From Nitrososphaerota archaeon (lineage in GTDB: Archaea; Thermoproteota; Nitrososphaeria_A; Caldarchaeales; Calditenuaceae): a DNA stretch of 64,000 bases. Under the pieces are notes generated by a model, which was given only the letters and a program-made list of their open reading frames with translations, did no database searches and was not told the origin of the DNA. Location: positions 30,278 to 94,277 of the forward strand of contig JAWBQR010000007.1 in NCBI GenBank assembly GCA_038845265.1. Reading direction: 5' to 3'. Position 1 is the first letter of the stretch, and every line of letters begins with the position of its first letter. Made by a program: the position numbers and the translations under genes. Of the stretch, positions 59,799-64,000 are shown one piece after another.

Positions 59799-60914
59799 AT
59801 GCCAGCGGCATTAGCAGTAAAAAATCTTGTTAAACGTTACGGAAGAAACGTCTTAGCGTTGAATGGTGTTACATTCGAGGTTGATAAGGGCGACTTCTTC
59901 GTGATAATAGGGCCGAGCGGTTGCGGTAAGAGTACCCTATTGAGATGCGTTGCAGGTATACTTGATTATGATAGTGGAGATATATACATAGATGGCAGAA
60001 ACATGAGGGATGTTCCAGCGCATAAAAGAAATATATCATACATGCCTGAAACATATGCTTTATTCCCACACATGAGGATCTATGACAATGTTGCATTTAG
60101 GCTAAGAATGCAGAATTTTGATGAATCAGAGATAAAGAAAGAGGTAAAACGTGCACTTGAATTGGTCGGGCTAGCTGGGTTTGAAGAAAGATGGCCTAGT
60201 GAGCTTTCCGGTGGTCAGAGACAGAGGGTTGCACTGGCAAGAGCGGTCGTAGCGAATCCAAGCTTACTATTACTTGACGAGCCATTAAGCCACGTGGACT
60301 ATAGGCTTCAGAGAAAATTAATGGAGGATTTCAAGAATATTCACAAAAATTTGGGTAACACATGGATACTCACGACGCATATCCAGGAACAAGGACTTAG
60401 CCTCGCAGATACATTAATGGTCATGAACGTAGGAGTAATAGAACAGAAAGGAAAACCAAACGAGATATATGAATCGCCGCGAACAGTGTTTGCCGCAAGA
60501 TTCGTAGGTGATATTAACCTTTACAGTGGACAGGTAGTTGAGCAGAAGGGCGAGCTCTGCGTGGTCAAGACCAGTCTAGGCGAATTTAAAGGAATATACA
60601 AGGGGTCCGGTGAATTGGTAGGTAAAACAGTAGCATATGGCGTTAGACCTAACCACATATTAATCTCACCGGTAGGAGAACAACGTGAAAACAGCTTCAG
60701 GGCCCGCTTAGTTAGTGCGTACTATTTCGGAGAATTCATTGAATACATATTTGAGTATACTGGAGGAATACAAGTAAAGGTACACGCAGATCCGATGCCA
60801 GTAAAGCTAGGAGAAGAATACGCAGTGTCTTGGGATACTACGAGAGGAATAATCCTTGATAAGCCCTCAGTGATTGAAGGATTAAACATCGAGGACGTTA
60901 TCTACGGTAGGTGA
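59799..60914 (+). CDS. ABC ATP-binding protein (PotA/spermidine-like)
   Basis: GPSGCGKST, LSGGQRQR, C-terminal TOBE domain. Confidence 0.92.
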   Translation: MPAALAVKNLVKRYGRNVLALNGVTFEVDKGDFFVIIGPSGCGKSTLLRCVAGILDYDSGDIYIDGRNMRDVPAHKRNISYMPETYALFPHMRIYDNVAFRLRMQNFDESEIKKEVKRALELVGLAGFEERWPSELSGGQRQRVALARAVVANPSLLLLDEPLSHVDYRLQRKLMEDFKNIHKNLGNTWILTTHIQEQGLSLADTLMVMNVGVIEQKGKPNEIYESPRTVFAARFVGDINLYSGQVVEQKGELCVVKTSLGEFKGIYKGSGELVGKTVAYGVRPNHILISPVGEQRENSFRARLVSAYYFGEFIEYIFEYTGGIQVKVHADPMPVKLGEEYAVSWDTTRGIILDKPSVIEGLNIEDVIYGR

Positions 60915-60923
60915 CCAGTAAGG

Positions 60924-61832
60924 ATGTCAGAGGCTAAAGGATCTGAAACTGAGATACGTGAATCTCCTCTACTACAGTTTATGCGGAAAAATATGAGATA
61001 TTTCCTGATATTGCCTCCCCTGATAGTTGTGATACTGTTCCTACTGACACCCTCATTAATGATATTACTGCTGTCTTTCAATAAAGGTTCTGTGACTAGG
61101 TTTGATCCTACGAATATATCGTTAGATAATTTTATAGCAGTATTTTCGAGGCCCTCGACATACGTCATATTAAGGGATACACTTGGTATGTCAGTGTTGG
61201 CCGCCTTAGTTACATTACTAGTTGCCTATCCAGTTGCATACTTTTTATCGTTCAAAATTCAGAACTTTCAACTGCAAGGAATAATTACCTTTATGCTTGT
61301 CGCTCCCTACTGGGTTGACTGGAGCATCCGAAGCATCTCTTGGCTTTCAATACTTGGAGAGAAAGGTCTCATCAACTACACATTAATGAGTCTAGGGCTA
61401 ATTAAGCAGCCATTATCCGAGCTACTATTCACAAGATGGACACTATTAATAATCTGGGTACAGACAAACCTTCTCTTCATGATCTTTCCAATCTATCTAT
61501 CACTAACACTGATCGATCCAGATCTAATAAATGTAGCAAGAACTCTTGGTGCATCTCCATTTAAAGCCTTTACAAAAATCACATTTAGGCTATCACTGCC
61601 TGGAGTTGTCATTGGAATAATCTTTGTCTTTATATCAACGCTCGGTGATTATGTTACTCCGTCGCTATGGGCTGGTGGACTACAAATGCTGGGATTAACA
61701 GTTCAAAACTATGCATGGCACTTTAACTGGCCAATGGCTGCTGCTTACTCAGTACTATTGTTAGCGGTGACACTAGGAGTAATCTGGATAGTCCTGAGAT
61801 TCGCTAATATTAAGCAGGTGTTCTATAAGTAG
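60924..61832 (+). CDS. ABC permease (PotB-like)
   Basis: AYPVAY, ARTLGAS, DYVTP, NWPMAAA. Confidence 0.9.
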   Translation: MSEAKGSETEIRESPLLQFMRKNMRYFLILPPLIVVILFLLTPSLMILLLSFNKGSVTRFDPTNISLDNFIAVFSRPSTYVILRDTLGMSVLAALVTLLVAYPVAYFLSFKIQNFQLQGIITFMLVAPYWVDWSIRSISWLSILGEKGLINYTLMSLGLIKQPLSELLFTRWTLLIIWVQTNLLFMIFPIYLSLTLIDPDLINVARTLGASPFKAFTKITFRLSLPGVVIGIIFVFISTLGDYVTPSLWAGGLQMLGLTVQNYAWHFNWPMAAAYSVLLLAVTLGVIWIVLRFANIKQVFYK

Positions 61833-61842
61833 GTGAATAAGT

Positions 61843-62676
61843 ATGAAGAGAGACTGGATGAAAATTATTCTTGGAATATACACGTTGTTTATAATTTTCA
61901 TCTTCTACTTGCCATTAATCCTAGTAGCCATCTTATCCTTCAAGTCTGATGCAAGCATAACGTTCCCAATTTTAGGATTCAGTCTTTATTGGTACATAGG
62001 TCCACCAGGACTAGTAGGCACAAGTGGATTCACAAGCGGAATATTCTACGACCCACAGATAGGACAGGCAATCATCAATTCAATAGTGTTAGGTATCGCA
62101 ACAGCAGTAATAGTAGTACCTCTAGTTATTTGTGCAGCGTTGACGCTTAGATATGCATTTAAGGGCCGAGACCTAATATTCTACTTATTACTAGCGGGCT
62201 TCGTGATGCCGGCAATAATTATTGGACTAGGTGCAAATATCTTCTATAAGACAGTTGGAATAACTGAATACTCGATTTGGACAGTACTCCCACTACACGT
62301 CGTTTATACTATGCCGTTCGGATTGATCCTCACGATGGCAAGGTTTGACCCACTCATGGTTGAGTACGAAAATGTTGCAAGAGTCCTAGGAGCGAGTGGT
62401 TGGAAGGTCTTCAGAAAAATAACGTTCCCACTAATTAGGACACAGGTCATTTCTACTTTCTTCTTCGCCTTCACACTATCGCTTTCAGAGTTCCTAAGAT
62501 CATCATTCGTTATAGCAGGTGTAGGAACAATCCCAACATACGTATATAACCAAATGTCAGTAACTGCACCGACACCAAAGTGGTTCGCACTAGGAACGCT
62601 AAGCATGGCAATATCGCTAACACTCCTATTCGTAGTAGCATACATACTAACAAGGGGACAACGACGAATAATCTAA
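61843..62676 (+). CDS. ABC permease (PotC-like)
   Basis: YLPLILV..SF, FSLYWY, ARVLGAS, FTLSLSEF. Confidence 0.9.
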   Translation: MKRDWMKIILGIYTLFIIFIFYLPLILVAILSFKSDASITFPILGFSLYWYIGPPGLVGTSGFTSGIFYDPQIGQAIINSIVLGIATAVIVVPLVICAALTLRYAFKGRDLIFYLLLAGFVMPAIIIGLGANIFYKTVGITEYSIWTVLPLHVVYTMPFGLILTMARFDPLMVEYENVARVLGASGWKVFRKITFPLIRTQVISTFFFAFTLSLSEFLRSSFVIAGVGTIPTYVYNQMSVTAPTPKWFALGTLSMAISLTLLFVVAYILTRGQRRII

Positions 62677-63196
62677 ATCAAATAATACCAATAAAACATT
62701 ATTTCACATAATTATTCCTAGCATATGATACGGAAATCACCGAGAAAGCTACAAGATAAGATAACTTATACTATAAACTGGCTTATCACATTTTTAGAAG
62801 AAATCGTAATGTTTGCTGTTGTCTCAATAGCCGAAGAATTCAGAAGCCCCCTTGCATGTATTGGGGAGCTAAGGACGTGAAGGATACCTCGGACCTTTTA
62901 GGAGTTGAACCAGATAATAAGCAAGCTCGAATTAGTGAGAATCTATTAGAGTGCCACGTTATTGAATATCGTGTCATATATAGAAAAGCTTAGGAAACCG
63001 CCATAGGGTGAGTGAAAAGACTTGACCTTCATAAATCATTGCCTCTGAAAAATACTTCCAAGCAAGATTATGCTCTAAAAGTAATCCATAAACAACCCCT
63101 GACGTTGCGGGATCAAACTTATTCTAAGATATAATCATTTGACGAAATAACATTAATTATTCATTAATTTAATATATTTTGTAGAGTATTGTGGAT

Positions 63197-63218
63197 GGGC
63201 CCGTAGCTCAGCATGGAT
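63197..63218 (+). other. 5' tRNA fragment (possible att remnant)
   Basis: GGGCCCGTAGCTCAGCATGGAT, i.e. acceptor 5' strand plus part of D-arm, then homology stops; TATA-like TTTAATATA upstream. Confidence 0.6.
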
Positions 63219-63219
63219 G

Positions 63220-64000
63220 GATTTCTCAGGTTTTTGTGTCGTCAGGTGTGGGTTTTGGTGTGCGGGATTGGGCTGGTGAGTTTCTTGGTCGTTTTCCTGA
63301 TAGGCGGGCTGCGTTGGTTAGGTTGTTTGGTCTTTTGGGTGATGTTAATGCTGTGGTTGAGGGTGTTAGGTGTGGGAGGGTTGATGTTGTTGATGTTTTT
63401 CAGGGCGTGGTTGATCGGCTTGTGGCTGGGGTCTTGCGCCTAAGACGGTTGAGTGATATGTTTCTTGGCTTAAGCGCTTCTTCCGTTTTGCCCGCGTGAG
63501 GATTGATTCTGAGAGTCTGAGGGCGCTTGAGAGGCCTAAAAAGGCTAACGTGCGGATTGATAGGGCCCCGAGTATAGGCGAGGTAAAGACCATGGTTATC
63601 GCGGCCCAGAGCAAGCAGTTATCAGTCTTTATTCACCTCTTGGCTACGACTGGCCTGAGGCTCTCGGAGGCCTTGAGGCTCAGGGTTGAAAACTTTGACT
63701 TCAATGCCGAGCCACCAATCCTAAAAATAATCTCGGCTAAGACTAATCTGCCGAGGGAGGTTCCATTGACGGCCGAGCTTGTGAGTAAGCTGAAAGAAAT
63801 AATGCCGGGCGAGGGGAGAATATTTAGCTATAACCGGAGAAGCGCGTACAACTCGATTAAGTATCTACTGAGTCGCCTAAGCCTGATAAGCACGCCTAAG
63901 GGTAAGCGTGGATGGTTCTACGAGGCCTGGACTTCGGATACTTTTTCTAAGCATCAAGTCCACTACACGGAGGCCCCGCACATAACTTCTCAAGACCTTG
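63220..64000 (+). pseudogene. tyrosine recombinase/integrase pseudogene
   Basis: GLAPKTVE*YVSWLKRFFRF with TGA at 63454-63456, frameshift near 63425, box I LATTGLRLSEAL and KTNLPREVPL; no HxxR box II after WFYE within the window. Confidence 0.8.

Noticed and set aside
62700-63160. Possible gene remnant or ncRNA in the long intergenic region
   Set aside because: No convincing ORF, structure or motif could be supported by eye
63191-63614. Short ORFs 63191..63499, 63213..63443 and 63366..63614 as separate genes
   Set aside because: They are best explained as fragments or shadows of the integrase pseudogene
63197-64000. This integrase as the integrase of the virion gene cluster
   Set aside because: It is about 23 kb away behind metabolic genes, is broken, and I saw no matching att copy near the virion blocks
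1-64000. CRISPR array, cas genes, rRNA, IS elements
   Set aside because: No regularly spaced repeats, Cas or transposase motifs, or rRNA-like sequence were recognised

Overview
Archaeal chromosomal window. PolD, Elf1 and a non-canonically placed tRNA intron point to a TACK lineage such as Aigarchaeota/Nitrososphaerota (inference). It contains a likely replication origin (two inverted ORB boxes) upstream of cdc6-DP1. The main find is an apparently intact set of tailed-virus (HK97 head, non-contractile tail) morphogenesis genes in three blocks: head at 15.7-19.9 kb, tail at 27.7-36.2 kb and packaging at 36.3-40.5 kb. Essential host genes (PolD DP2, GGGP synthase, Elf1, a tRNA) lie between the head and tail blocks. 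I saw no integrase, att repeats or viral replication genes in these blocks, which suggests a domesticated provirus or candidate archaeal gene transfer agent. Supporting details are a perfect -1 frameshift site in the tail chaperone, a nested-domain tail-tip protein and an ABC-ATPase/GNAT fusion coupled to the terminase. The right half is amino-acid/amine catabolism and transport (ArcE-like enzyme, two ABC systems, a degenerate chaperonin). The window ends in a tRNA 5' fragment followed by a broken tyrosine recombinase. All calls come from reading motifs by eye; no database search was run.
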